A DNA stretch of 64,000 nt from Endomicrobiales bacterium. GTDB taxonomy: Bacteria; Elusimicrobiota; Endomicrobiia; Endomicrobiales; JALOBY01. Numbering within the stretch: position 1 is the stretch's first letter; each line of letters starts with the position of its first letter. Positions 9,489-19,211 of this stretch are shown piece by piece. The notes under the pieces were generated by a model. It had not been told where the DNA came from. It made no database searches and was given only the letters and a program-made list of their open reading frames with translations. The position numbers and the translations under genes were made by a program. The stretch is taken from positions 1 to 64,000 of the forward strand of contig CAWCNJ010000003.1 of assembly GCA_963796955.1 (NCBI GenBank), in the 5' to 3' direction.

Positions 9489-9740
9489 ATGACGAAATAT
9501 TTCAAGTGGGTAGTTATCGGCGGGGGAGTTCTGGTATTCTACATCTGGCAGCAGACGCAGGCGGTGCGTCTGGGCTATAAGGTGGAGGCGCTGCAGCGCG
9601 AGTGCGACCGCTGGGCGCAGGCTAACCGCGGTTTGCGATTAAGGGCCAACAAATTGATCTCTCTGGACCGGCTGGATAAAACGGCGCAGGAAAGAAAACT
9701 GTTACCGCCCGACGAAAAAAATATCGTGTATCTGGAATAA
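9489..9740 (+). CDS. ftsL: Cell division protein FtsL-like
   Basis: One TM segment plus a short coiled coil, positioned between rsmH and ftsI. Confidence 0.75.
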   Translation: MTKYFKWVVIGGGVLVFYIWQQTQAVRLGYKVEALQRECDRWAQANRGLRLRANKLISLDRLDKTAQERKLLPPDEKNIVYLE

Positions 9741-9746
9741 CTATCG

Positions 9747-11441
9747 ATGATGCTTAACCGTACCCGCATTTTCATATTGTTCTTCGGTTGCGCCGCGGCC
9801 TTGTGTTTCGTCGCGGTGCGGCTGTTTTGTATTCAGGTTTGGTGCCACGAAGAACTGAACGCGAAGGTACAGCGGCTGGTAGTAAGGGAACGGCCGGAGC
9901 AGCCTATGCGCGGCATGATAACCGACCGCCAGGGCAGGGTGCTGGCTATGAGCCTGAAAAAATATAATGTTTTCGTAGATCCTTCCTGCCTGGAAGACGC
10001 GAACAAAGCAGCCTTGGAGCTGAACGGGGTCGGTGTTCATTTTGACCCGGCTGCCATCGCGGGAAGACGTAATTCCTGTTACGTGGCGCTCGGGCAGCAG
10101 GTTTCATACGAGGGCATGCAAAAGATCAAAGAACAGAAGATCGCCGGCATAGGTTTTGAACCGGCTTTTGAGAGGCAGTACCCGGAAGGTACTATGGCCG
10201 CCCAGGTGCTGGGTGTTGTAGGCAAAGACGGCGCGGGGCTGGAAGGTATAGAAAAAACCGCTAACGCCCTGTTGAGCGGCAAAGAGATCACCGAACTGCG
10301 CTATCGCGACGGAAGAGGAAGGGAAGTGGCCGATCGCGTAGTGGACCCGGAAAAACTTCAGGGCGCTGATGTCGCGCTGACCATTGACCGCAACCTGCAA
10401 TTCGTCGCCGAACAGGAAATAGAGAAAGCCTGGAAAGAATCGGGCTCGAAAAAAGGGATAGCCATAATCCAGGACAGCCAGACGGGGGAAATACTGGCGA
10501 TGGCCTCCCGCCCGGCCTTTGACCCGGCGAAGCTGGATTCACATACCGAAACGCTTTCAAACCCGGCGATCAGTTATACGGTTGAACCGGGATCAACTTT
10601 TAAATTCGTCATGGCCGCCGCGGCCCTCTCTGAAAATATTGTGAAGCGCAGCGAGCCGATCTGGTGCGAGAACGGTGCCTATAAGATATATGACCATACT
10701 ATCAAGGACCACGAAAAGAAAGGTATGCTGACCTTTGATCAGGTACTGGATTATTCATCCAACATCGGCGCCGCCAAAATAGGCCAGCGTCTTGGGAAAG
10801 AAAAACTCTATACCTGGGCAAGGCAGTTCGGCTTTTACAGCAAAACCGGCGTGGACCTGCCCGGTGAAGAGCGCGGCCTGCTGAAAAAGCCGGCAGATTG
10901 GAGCGGCCTGTCGTTGCCGATCATCTCGTTCGGCCAGGAAATTGGCGCTACGCCCATGCAGGTGGTTAACGCCTATACAGCGATGGTGAACGGCGGCTAT
11001 TTGCTGGAACCAAAAGTTATCCTCAAGGTGCGCTGTCCCGACGGAAAAACTCTTGACCAGGCCCAGCGGCAGGTGATACGGCGGGTGGTTTCCACCGAGA
11101 CCTCTGAGCAGTTGAAGAACATGATGATCGGGGTCGTGGAACAGGGCACGGGACAGATGGCAAAAGTCCCCGGCTATTCGGTCGGCGGAAAAACAGGAAC
11201 GGCCCAGAAACGTGATCCGCTGACGAAAAAATATTCCAGCAGCTGTTACGTCGCTTCTTTTTGCGGTGCTATTCCCATGAATAAGCCCCGGCTGACCATA
11301 TTTGTGATGCTGGATGAACCGAAGGGCGACTATTACGCGGCTTCCCGGGCGGCCCCGGTATTTGGGAAGATCGCTTCCCGGGCGATGCGTTATCTGCAGA
11401 TAGCGCCGGATCAGGTGCCTATGCAGCTGGCACGGAGATAA
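9747..11441 (+). CDS. ftsI: Class B penicillin-binding protein (septal transpeptidase)
   Basis: RGMITDR, EPGSTFK (SxxK), SSN (SxN), KTGTAQK; dcw position. Confidence 0.93.
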   Translation: MMLNRTRIFILFFGCAAALCFVAVRLFCIQVWCHEELNAKVQRLVVRERPEQPMRGMITDRQGRVLAMSLKKYNVFVDPSCLEDANKAALELNGVGVHFDPAAIAGRRNSCYVALGQQVSYEGMQKIKEQKIAGIGFEPAFERQYPEGTMAAQVLGVVGKDGAGLEGIEKTANALLSGKEITELRYRDGRGREVADRVVDPEKLQGADVALTIDRNLQFVAEQEIEKAWKESGSKKGIAIIQDSQTGEILAMASRPAFDPAKLDSHTETLSNPAISYTVEPGSTFKFVMAAAALSENIVKRSEPIWCENGAYKIYDHTIKDHEKKGMLTFDQVLDYSSNIGAAKIGQRLGKEKLYTWARQFGFYSKTGVDLPGEERGLLKKPADWSGLSLPIISFGQEIGATPMQVVNAYTAMVNGGYLLEPKVILKVRCPDGKTLDQAQRQVIRRVVSTETSEQLKNMMIGVVEQGTGQMAKVPGYSVGGKTGTAQKRDPLTKKYSSSCYVASFCGAIPMNKPRLTIFVMLDEPKGDYYAASRAAPVFGKIASRAMRYLQIAPDQVPMQLARR

Positions 11442-11442
11442 T

Positions 11443-12945
11443 ATGACAACAATTATGAAATTAAATGAAATACTATCAGGCGTTGCCTGCGAGGTGCACG
11501 GTGTCATGGACATGGCCGTGAAGGGTATTGCCTACGATTCAAGGAACGTTAAGCAGGGATATGTTTTTATAGCGCTGCCCGGCGCGCATGTCGACGGAAG
11601 GTCTTTTGCCGGTACGGCTATAGAGGCCGGCTCTGAAGTGATAGTAACGGATACAAAACTTGATCTTCCGGCAGGTATTACGCTGGTGCTGGTGCCTGAT
11701 ATCCTTGGGGCTATGGCGAAGATGTCCGCGAATTTTTACGATCACCCTGACAAAAAAATGATGATGGTGGGTATAACGGGGACGAACGGGAAAACCACGA
11801 TCACCTATCTTGTTGAATCAATATTCACGCTGGCAAAGTTACCCACAGGAGTTGTGGGTACTGTGAATTACCGGTACGCCGGTCTTGAGTTCGCCTCCGC
11901 CAATACAACGCCGCAATCGGCGGAACTTTACCGGATACTCAATGAGATGGTAAAGACCAGGCAAGCCGCGGCGGTGATGGAGGTCTCTTCTCACGCGCTG
12001 TCCCTTAACCGCGTCGGAGGAATGGAATTTGATATTGCAGTCTTCACGAACCTTACCCGCGATCATCTGGATTTTCATAAGGACATGGAGCACTACTACG
12101 AAGCAAAACAGCTGTTGTTCTCCGGCCTGCAGCCGGGGCAGAAGGGTTTTGCCAAGCACGCCGTGATAAACGTCGACGACGAATGGGGACGAAAACTGGC
12201 CGCTTCAGACATTAACGGCACCTTGATAACCTACGGAATAAATGAACCGGCCGATATAACGGCTGAGAATATCAAGATGGATCACCGCGGCACGGAATTC
12301 ACGATCGTTTGTTCCCAGGGCCGAAGGCGTGTCAGCATGCGCCATCTTGGGCAGTATAATGTGTACAACGCGTTAGCCGCCGCGGGCGCTGCGCTGGCGG
12401 CGGGCATACCGCTTGAAACTGTAGTGCAGGGTTTATCGAACGCGCCGTTGGTACCCGGGCGCCTTGAAAAGGTTGATGACGGACAGCCGTTCGCCGTGGT
12501 CGTGGATTACGCCCATACCGACGATGCCTTGAGCAACGCGCTGAAAGCGCTGAACGAATTGAAGACCGGCCGGCTGATAACCGTTTTTGGCTGCGGGGGG
12601 GACCGCGACCGTTCCAAGCGGCCGATCATGGGCGAAATAGCGACGGCGATGAGCGACTACGTGTTCGTCACGAGCGATAACCCCCGCACGGAAGAACCTG
12701 AAAAAATAGCGTTGGACATAGAGGTTGGCATACGCCGGCAGCACCGCACTAATTATCAGGTATTGCTGAACCGCGAAGAAGCGATAGCGGCCGCTGTTGC
12801 AATGGCCCATAAAGGTGATATACTGTTGCTGGCGGGCAAGGGCCACGAAACCTACCAGATAATCGGTAATGAGAAGATACACTTCAACGACGCGGAAATC
12901 GCCGTGAAATATATTCGCCAGTATCACGCCAGCGATAAAAAGTGA
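11443..12945 (+). CDS. murE: UDP-MurNAc-tripeptide synthetase (meso-DAP type)
   Basis: GITGTNGKTT, EVSSH, DYAHT, DNPR (DAP specificity), GKGHE. Confidence 0.97.
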   Translation: MTTIMKLNEILSGVACEVHGVMDMAVKGIAYDSRNVKQGYVFIALPGAHVDGRSFAGTAIEAGSEVIVTDTKLDLPAGITLVLVPDILGAMAKMSANFYDHPDKKMMMVGITGTNGKTTITYLVESIFTLAKLPTGVVGTVNYRYAGLEFASANTTPQSAELYRILNEMVKTRQAAAVMEVSSHALSLNRVGGMEFDIAVFTNLTRDHLDFHKDMEHYYEAKQLLFSGLQPGQKGFAKHAVINVDDEWGRKLAASDINGTLITYGINEPADITAENIKMDHRGTEFTIVCSQGRRRVSMRHLGQYNVYNALAAAGAALAAGIPLETVVQGLSNAPLVPGRLEKVDDGQPFAVVVDYAHTDDALSNALKALNELKTGRLITVFGCGGDRDRSKRPIMGEIATAMSDYVFVTSDNPRTEEPEKIALDIEVGIRRQHRTNYQVLLNREEAIAAAVAMAHKGDILLLAGKGHETYQIIGNEKIHFNDAEIAVKYIRQYHASDKK

Positions 12946-12956
12946 CGGTCTGAAAT

Positions 12957-14345
12957 ATGGAAAACTTTCATCTGCATGAACTGATAAACGCGGTCAAAGG
13001 GGAATTTCTGCTCGGAGACCCGCATTTAAACGTCGACAGGGTTTCGATCGATACGCGTTCCATCCACAAGGGGAATGTGTATTTTGCACTCATCGGCAAA
13101 AATTTCGACGGCCATACGTTCCTGAAAGAGGCCATTGACAAGGGCGCCTCAATACTCGTAATATCAAGCCATAATGTGGAGTTGGGCAATCCTTTTCCCG
13201 TCATGCCGGCTATAATCCGGGTGCCCGATACGACGACGGCGCTGGGTGATATGGCCGCGGCTTACCGGCGAAAATTCAAGATCCCCGTCGTAGCTGTGAC
13301 CGGCACGAACGGGAAAACCACTACTAAACAGATGCTTGCCTCCATACTGGAGCACCGTGCCCCCGTGCTTGCCACGGAAGGGAATTTCAATAACCAGATC
13401 GGCCTGCCGCTGACCCTGGCGAATTTATCGGAAAAACATTCTTATGCCGTCGTAGAAATGGGGACGTCGTACCACGGCGAGATCAAAAGATTATGCGAGA
13501 TAGCCCGGCCTTCCGTCGGGATCATAACGAATATCGGCGTTGCCCATTTGAACAATTTCGTTAATCAGGAGGGGGTTTATCTGGAAAAGAAGACGTTACT
13601 GGAAAGCCTTCCTTCCGACGGATGCGCGGTCTTGAATATCGATGACCATTACCTGGCCCAGCTGCAGGACACCCTGCCTTGCGAGACCATCACCTTCGGG
13701 CTGACCGGCAAGGCGCAGATCAGCGCGCGGGACCTGAAACTGTGGCCGGATTATCCGCAGTTCGACCTGGTTATCAATCAACAGTCTATACATATCAAGA
13801 TGCCGGTGTACGGGCATTTTAACGTCTATAACGCGATGGGGGCAGCCGCGGCGGCCTTTAAACTGGGCATGACCATCGAAGAGATCCGGGCCGGGATAGA
13901 GTCCTTTAAGCCGGCGGCGATGCGTATGGAAGTCAAGGAATTGCTTGCCAGTAATATCACGGTAATAAACGATGCGTATAATGCGAATCCTTCCAGCATG
14001 AGGGAGGCTCTTTCTTCTCTTTTTCAGTCATTCACCGATCGTGAGATAGTGATGGTGCTGGGCGACATGCTGGAACTCGGCGTGTCAGCGGATGAGGAGC
14101 ACCGTCAGCTGGGCGAATTCTTGAAGACCCAGCCGGGCGGTACGATATTGTTTTACGGGCCTTTGATGCATAAAGCCTTCGAGGCCTGCGACAACCCGGA
14201 TGCCCGGCATTTCACGGATATGCATAAGATGATGGCGGAACTGGAAAGATCGTTGAAGCCGGGAATGGTGGTTTTCTTTAAAGGTTCGCGCGGCATGAAG
14301 CTGGAGACCGCCGCGCACAAGGTCATGAGCCGCGAAGGTAAATAA
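12957..14345 (+). CDS. murF: D-Ala-D-Ala-adding enzyme
   Basis: VTGTNGKTTTK, NFNNQIGLP, NDAYNANP, GDMLELG, KGSRG. Confidence 0.97.
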   Translation: MENFHLHELINAVKGEFLLGDPHLNVDRVSIDTRSIHKGNVYFALIGKNFDGHTFLKEAIDKGASILVISSHNVELGNPFPVMPAIIRVPDTTTALGDMAAAYRRKFKIPVVAVTGTNGKTTTKQMLASILEHRAPVLATEGNFNNQIGLPLTLANLSEKHSYAVVEMGTSYHGEIKRLCEIARPSVGIITNIGVAHLNNFVNQEGVYLEKKTLLESLPSDGCAVLNIDDHYLAQLQDTLPCETITFGLTGKAQISARDLKLWPDYPQFDLVINQQSIHIKMPVYGHFNVYNAMGAAAAAFKLGMTIEEIRAGIESFKPAAMRMEVKELLASNITVINDAYNANPSSMREALSSLFQSFTDREIVMVLGDMLELGVSADEEHRQLGEFLKTQPGGTILFYGPLMHKAFEACDNPDARHFTDMHKMMAELERSLKPGMVVFFKGSRGMKLETAAHKVMSREGK

Positions 14346-14354
14346 AGGTACTTT

Positions 14355-15440
14355 ATGTTCTACCACCTGCTGTACAATCTGCGAAACCATTTTTCACCGT
14401 TCAATATATTCCAATATATAACGTTCCGCGCCGCGGGCGCCATACTCACCAGCCTGTTGATCTGTCTGCTGCTCGGCCCGAAACTTATCGGGCGCCTCAG
14501 GGCGCTGAAGATCGGTCAGACGATCCGCACCGACGGCCCGCAGTCTCATCTTGCAAAAGCCGGCACCCCTACGATGGGTGGCTTGCTTATTTTGATCTCG
14601 ATGGTAAGCTCGACGCTGTTATGGGCCAGGCTGGATAATGTTTTCATACTTATTACGCTGGCCGCAGCTCTGTGGCTCGGTTTCCTGGGTTTTTACGACG
14701 ATTATCTCAAACTCATAAAAAAGAACCCGAAGGGTCTTTCTTCCAAAAACAAAATGCTGGGCCAGCTGATATTGGGTATTGCGGTAGCAGCCTATCTGTG
14801 GTTCAATCCTTCTAATCCTCAGTACGTAAGCTCCGTGAACATCCCCTACCTTAAGGACACGTTCGTTAATTTGTATCTCGGCTATACGTTATTTGTGATC
14901 TTTATAATAGTAGGCAGCTCTAACGGCGTTAATTTGACGGACGGGCTGGACGGTCTTGCCGTAGGCAATATCATCGTGGCCGCCCTGACCCTGGGTTTCT
15001 TCGCGTATTTTACCGGCAATATCAAGATCTCCCAATACTTGCGCATCATCCACGTTGCGGGCGCCGGTGAATTGAGCGTATATCTGGGGGCGATGATAGG
15101 CGCGGGCCTGGGTTTTCTCTGGTTCAATGCGTATCCTGCGGAAGTTTTCATGGGGGATACGGGCAGCCTGTTCCTGGGCGGAACACTGGGGCTGTGCGCG
15201 GTTTTCATAAAGCAGGAGCTTATACTGGTCGTGATCGGCGGGGTTTTTGTGATGGAAACTCTTTCCGTGATGCTGCAGGTCTCTGTGTTCCGGCGTACCG
15301 GTAAGCGCGTTTTCCGTATGGCGCCGATACATCATCATTTCGAACTGTCGGGCTGGCCTGAAACGAAAGTGACCGTCCGTTTCTGGATAATAGGCATCGT
15401 ACTGGCACTGGTGGCGATCGCTTCCTTAAAACTGAGATAA
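14355..15440 (+). CDS. mraY: Phospho-N-acetylmuramoyl-pentapeptide transferase
   Basis: KAGTPTMGG, DDYLK, NLTDGLDGL, FMGDTGS, MAPIHHHFE. Confidence 0.98.
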   Translation: MFYHLLYNLRNHFSPFNIFQYITFRAAGAILTSLLICLLLGPKLIGRLRALKIGQTIRTDGPQSHLAKAGTPTMGGLLILISMVSSTLLWARLDNVFILITLAAALWLGFLGFYDDYLKLIKKNPKGLSSKNKMLGQLILGIAVAAYLWFNPSNPQYVSSVNIPYLKDTFVNLYLGYTLFVIFIIVGSSNGVNLTDGLDGLAVGNIIVAALTLGFFAYFTGNIKISQYLRIIHVAGAGELSVYLGAMIGAGLGFLWFNAYPAEVFMGDTGSLFLGGTLGLCAVFIKQELILVVIGGVFVMETLSVMLQVSVFRRTGKRVFRMAPIHHHFELSGWPETKVTVRFWIIGIVLALVAIASLKLR

Positions 15441-15441
15441 C

Positions 15442-16782
15442 ATGAACATACGCGGCAAAAACGTCGGTGTCATAGGCCTGGGGACATCCGGCATCGCGGC
15501 AGCTAATCTGGCAAAAAGTAAGGGCGCCCGTGTGCTGGTCAGCGAGGCCGCGCCGAAGGAAAAACGGCTCGCGTTCGTCAGAAAATTAGCCAGGGGCATA
15601 GAAACGGAATTCGGCGGCAACACCGACCGCCTGCTGGAAAGCTCGCTGATAGTAAAAAGCCCCGGAGTACCGAATCATCTTCCCGTGCTCGAACAAGCGC
15701 GAAAGAAACGCATACCGGTGATCGGCGAAATAGAATTTGCCAACGGTTACAATCCTTCCAGACACATCATTGCCATCACCGGAACGAACGGTAAAACGAC
15801 AACAACGACATTGGTCGGAGAAATCATCTCCGCCTCCGGCGTGAAAACATTTGTCGGGGGCAACATCGGTCACCCTCTTGCGGGGGCGTTGGCAACTGTA
15901 ACATCCGCCACCCGAGTTGTACTTGAAATGTCCAGCTATCAGTTAGAAGATGCGCCCGGGTTCCATCCGCGCATAGCGGCCATTTTGAACGTCACTCCCG
16001 ACCATATGGAACACCACGGTTCCATGAAAAACTATACCGACGCAAAAGCACGCGTATTCGCCAACCAGACAAAGCAGGATCACTGCGTACTGAACTACGA
16101 TGATGAAGCCTGCCGCGCCCTCGCAAAAAAGTGTCAGGCGCAGGTTGTTTTTTTCAGCCGGGTAAAGAAATTGGAGCAGGGTATTTGGCTGGACAATGAC
16201 CGGTTGATAATGAAGTATAAGAGCTATGCTTATTCGATCCCGGTCGATTTTAAGATCCCCGGCAACCATAATCTTGAAAATATCATGGCTGCGGTCGCGA
16301 TCTGCATCATCGCGGGCGTTAAACCGGCGGTCGTGACAAAAGCGGTGCGCAACTTTAAAGGTGTTGAACACCGTATAGAATTTGTCCGGGAAGTGGACGG
16401 TGTGCGGTATGTGAACGATTCGAAGGGCACCAATGTTGATTCGACGAGAGTCGCCCTTGAGTCGTATGATGCGCCGGTCTGGCTTATACTGGGCGGACGG
16501 GATAAAGGCTCGCCGTATGCTCCGCTGAAAGCACTCATTAAAAAGAACGTGGCCGGTATATTGCTTATCGGCGAGGCTGTGCCGATAATAAAGGAACAGT
16601 TGTCCGGCACCGCGCGAATGTATGAGTGCGGCGATATGCAGGGGGCGGTAACGTTCGCTCACTGCCATGCGAAACCCGGTTCCGTGGTCCTGCTGTCGCC
16701 TGCCTGCGCTTCTTTTGATCAGTATAATAATTACGAAGAACGCGGCCGGGATTTTAAAAAGCTTGTAAAGTTAATAAAATAA
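15442..16782 (+). CDS. murD: UDP-MurNAc-L-Ala:D-Glu ligase
   Basis: SPGVP, ITGTNGKTTT, EMSSYQL, NDSKGTN, LLSPACASFD. Confidence 0.97.
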   Translation: MNIRGKNVGVIGLGTSGIAAANLAKSKGARVLVSEAAPKEKRLAFVRKLARGIETEFGGNTDRLLESSLIVKSPGVPNHLPVLEQARKKRIPVIGEIEFANGYNPSRHIIAITGTNGKTTTTTLVGEIISASGVKTFVGGNIGHPLAGALATVTSATRVVLEMSSYQLEDAPGFHPRIAAILNVTPDHMEHHGSMKNYTDAKARVFANQTKQDHCVLNYDDEACRALAKKCQAQVVFFSRVKKLEQGIWLDNDRLIMKYKSYAYSIPVDFKIPGNHNLENIMAAVAICIIAGVKPAVVTKAVRNFKGVEHRIEFVREVDGVRYVNDSKGTNVDSTRVALESYDAPVWLILGGRDKGSPYAPLKALIKKNVAGILLIGEAVPIIKEQLSGTARMYECGDMQGAVTFAHCHAKPGSVVLLSPACASFDQYNNYEERGRDFKKLVKLIK

Positions 16783-16826
16783 ATATTATAATAATTAAAC
16801 ACTAGATACTTGGCAGTAAGGGGGAA

Positions 16827-17609
16827 GTGATAGTGAGCAACATAGGAAAGAGTTCGCAAGAGCCGTGTTCTAATGAGACCAAACGCCCTGAGGGGAGGTT
16901 TGGTTATTTATTTGGCGAAAAGAAAATGATGGAAATGATATCCACCATCGCGCATGAGCTGAGAAATCCGCTGCTCGCGATAAAAATGGCCGCGTTCAAT
17001 ATTCGAAGGAAAACCGATAACAGGGAACTCGACAGACATATTAATACTATTAATAAGAAGGTTTCTGAGTGTGACACGATCATTGAGAACGTTTTGAGTT
17101 TCGGGAAACATAATATCCCGAGATTTGAACCGGTGCTGCTGAGAGATGTGATAATCGAAAGCCTGGATGTGCTGGCTGACAAATATAAGGGCTGGTCCGT
17201 AGAGGTAAAGCACGATCTGACCAGACCGGATGGCTACCTGCTTGAAGCAGACCCGCACCAGTTGTCCTCATTGTTTTCCAATGTTCTTGATAACGCCTTC
17301 CAGTCTTTGCCGGAAAAGAAGGGCATTGTGGAGATCACCGTGATGCCCGAGAACGAGCACGGTCTTCATGTGCTGGTCAAAGACAGCGGTTCAGGTATTC
17401 CCAAAGATGTGCTTGATAAAGTCTTCGAGCCTTTTTATACCACCAAAGCGACAGGCACGGGACTTGGCTTAACGGTCTGCCGGAAGATAGTGGATCTGCA
17501 CGGTGGGAAGCTTAATATCGTAAGCGTCGAAGGCGAGGGCACTTCCGTGACCATATCGCTGCCGACAAAGCAAAACGCGGCGTCCGATATGCCGGAACCT
17601 CTTCAATAG
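16827..17609 (+). CDS. Soluble histidine kinase core with no recognisable sensor domain
   Basis: AHELRNPL, NVLDNA, DSGSGI, FEPFYTTK, GTGLGL. Confidence 0.85.
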   Translation: MIVSNIGKSSQEPCSNETKRPEGRFGYLFGEKKMMEMISTIAHELRNPLLAIKMAAFNIRRKTDNRELDRHINTINKKVSECDTIIENVLSFGKHNIPRFEPVLLRDVIIESLDVLADKYKGWSVEVKHDLTRPDGYLLEADPHQLSSLFSNVLDNAFQSLPEKKGIVEITVMPENEHGLHVLVKDSGSGIPKDVLDKVFEPFYTTKATGTGLGLTVCRKIVDLHGGKLNIVSVEGEGTSVTISLPTKQNAASDMPEPLQ

Positions 17610-17666
17610 TCGCACTCTTCCACGTGGCTTCCTCCATCTAAATAATTCTTACACAGGGAAAATGGT

Positions 17667-19211
17667 ATGAATGAGCACAAGATCGCCGGCGTTATTGATA
17701 TAGGGACGAATTCCATTAAGCTTATGATCGCTGAAGCGGGACCGCATGGCATCACCACCCTTGAGTCCCTGAAGAATACAACCCAGCTCGGCCGCGATAC
17801 GTTTTTCAGGAACCGCATTACGCAGTCATCCATTAATGCAACGGTCGGCATATTGGATAAATATCGCGAGAAGCTCAAAGAATATGCGGTGACAAATGTC
17901 AAGGTCATCGCCACCACCGCGGTAAGGGAAGCCGGCAACAGCGACGTTTTCGTTGATACTGTTTTGCGTCGGGCCGGATTCACTATTGAGATACTGACCC
18001 CCGGCGACGTCGTATATTATATAGATGCCTATTTATACCACACCCTTAAAGACCGCTACCCGCTGCATGACAAAAACCTGCTGATAGCGGAACTGGGCGC
18101 CGGCAGCCTTGATGTTTCGCTGCTCGCGCGAGGCTACATTCTCATGAACGCCGGGCTTCCTCTGGGTACGCTGCGTCTGAGACAGCTGGTGAATAAGCTT
18201 GATGGTTCGCGGCAGGAAAACTTTGAAGCGGCCGCAGAACATATAGAAAACCAGCTGGCGTACTTCAAGCGCGACATGCCCCCGGTAACCGTTGATGATA
18301 TTATCCTGATCGGCGAGGGTTACAACCCTTACTTAGCGGAAATCCTGACCAACAAAGTTTTGCGCGGTAACTTTTTCCGGCTGACGGAGGAAGATACCAT
18401 TGAACTGTTGGACAAATGCATGGATAAGCCTGCCGGTGATCTCGCCGCGGACTTGAAGATACCACTTGAGATCGCTGATACGCTTCCGGCGTATGCCATG
18501 GTACAGAGCGGCCTGTTGAATATGGCAGAGAGCAAAAGCGTCTACATCCTCGAGGCTTCCCTTGCGGAAGCGATCCTGGCCGATATGCTGCTGGATTATG
18601 AGATATCCAAAAAATACAATAAAACGAACCAGCTGTTATCTATTGCGGCCGCAATAAGCCAGAAATATAACGTTGACATGGAACACGTAACGTGTGTGTC
18701 AAAGTTCGCCGAGACGCTGTTTGAGAGTTTCAGGGAGATATTGGGACTTAAGAAGTCAGATTCGCTCTATCTTTTGCTGGCGGCCTACCTGCATGATATC
18801 GGTATGTTCCTTAATAACCGGGCGCACCATAAGCATACGGAATACGTGATCTCGAATATGAACCTTTTTCGCCTGTCGCAGGAGGAGATCAAAGTTATAG
18901 CCTGCGTAGCACGGTACCACAGAAAAGGCAGGCCGGCAAAAACGCATCTCACCTACGGCTCTTTGTCGGCGGAAAAGCAGATGCTGGTGCAGAAACTCAG
19001 CGCGATACTGAGGATCGCCAACTGCCTGGATAGTTCTCATAATCAGAAGATACGGCGCATTGAGGTTACGACCGCTCCTTCGCGGGATATTACTGTCACC
19101 GTCCACGCCGAGGGTAATGTGATGCTTGAAAAACTTGATTTCAACGAGAAAAAGGAGATCTTTGAGGAAATATCCGGCAACCATATCACCTTAAAGATAA
19201 TTCAATTATGA
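17667..19211 (+). CDS. ppx: Ppx/GppA-family protein with C-terminal HD domain; catalytic motifs diverged
   Basis: DIGTNSIKL, ATTAVREAGN, ELGAGS, LHDIG, ARYHRK; overlaps the ppk1 start. Confidence 0.85.
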   Translation: MNEHKIAGVIDIGTNSIKLMIAEAGPHGITTLESLKNTTQLGRDTFFRNRITQSSINATVGILDKYREKLKEYAVTNVKVIATTAVREAGNSDVFVDTVLRRAGFTIEILTPGDVVYYIDAYLYHTLKDRYPLHDKNLLIAELGAGSLDVSLLARGYILMNAGLPLGTLRLRQLVNKLDGSRQENFEAAAEHIENQLAYFKRDMPPVTVDDIILIGEGYNPYLAEILTNKVLRGNFFRLTEEDTIELLDKCMDKPAGDLAADLKIPLEIADTLPAYAMVQSGLLNMAESKSVYILEASLAEAILADMLLDYEISKKYNKTNQLLSIAAAISQKYNVDMEHVTCVSKFAETLFESFREILGLKKSDSLYLLLAAYLHDIGMFLNNRAHHKHTEYVISNMNLFRLSQEEIKVIACVARYHRKGRPAKTHLTYGSLSAEKQMLVQKLSAILRIANCLDSSHNQKIRRIEVTTAPSRDITVTVHAEGNVMLEKLDFNEKKEIFEEISGNHITLKIIQL

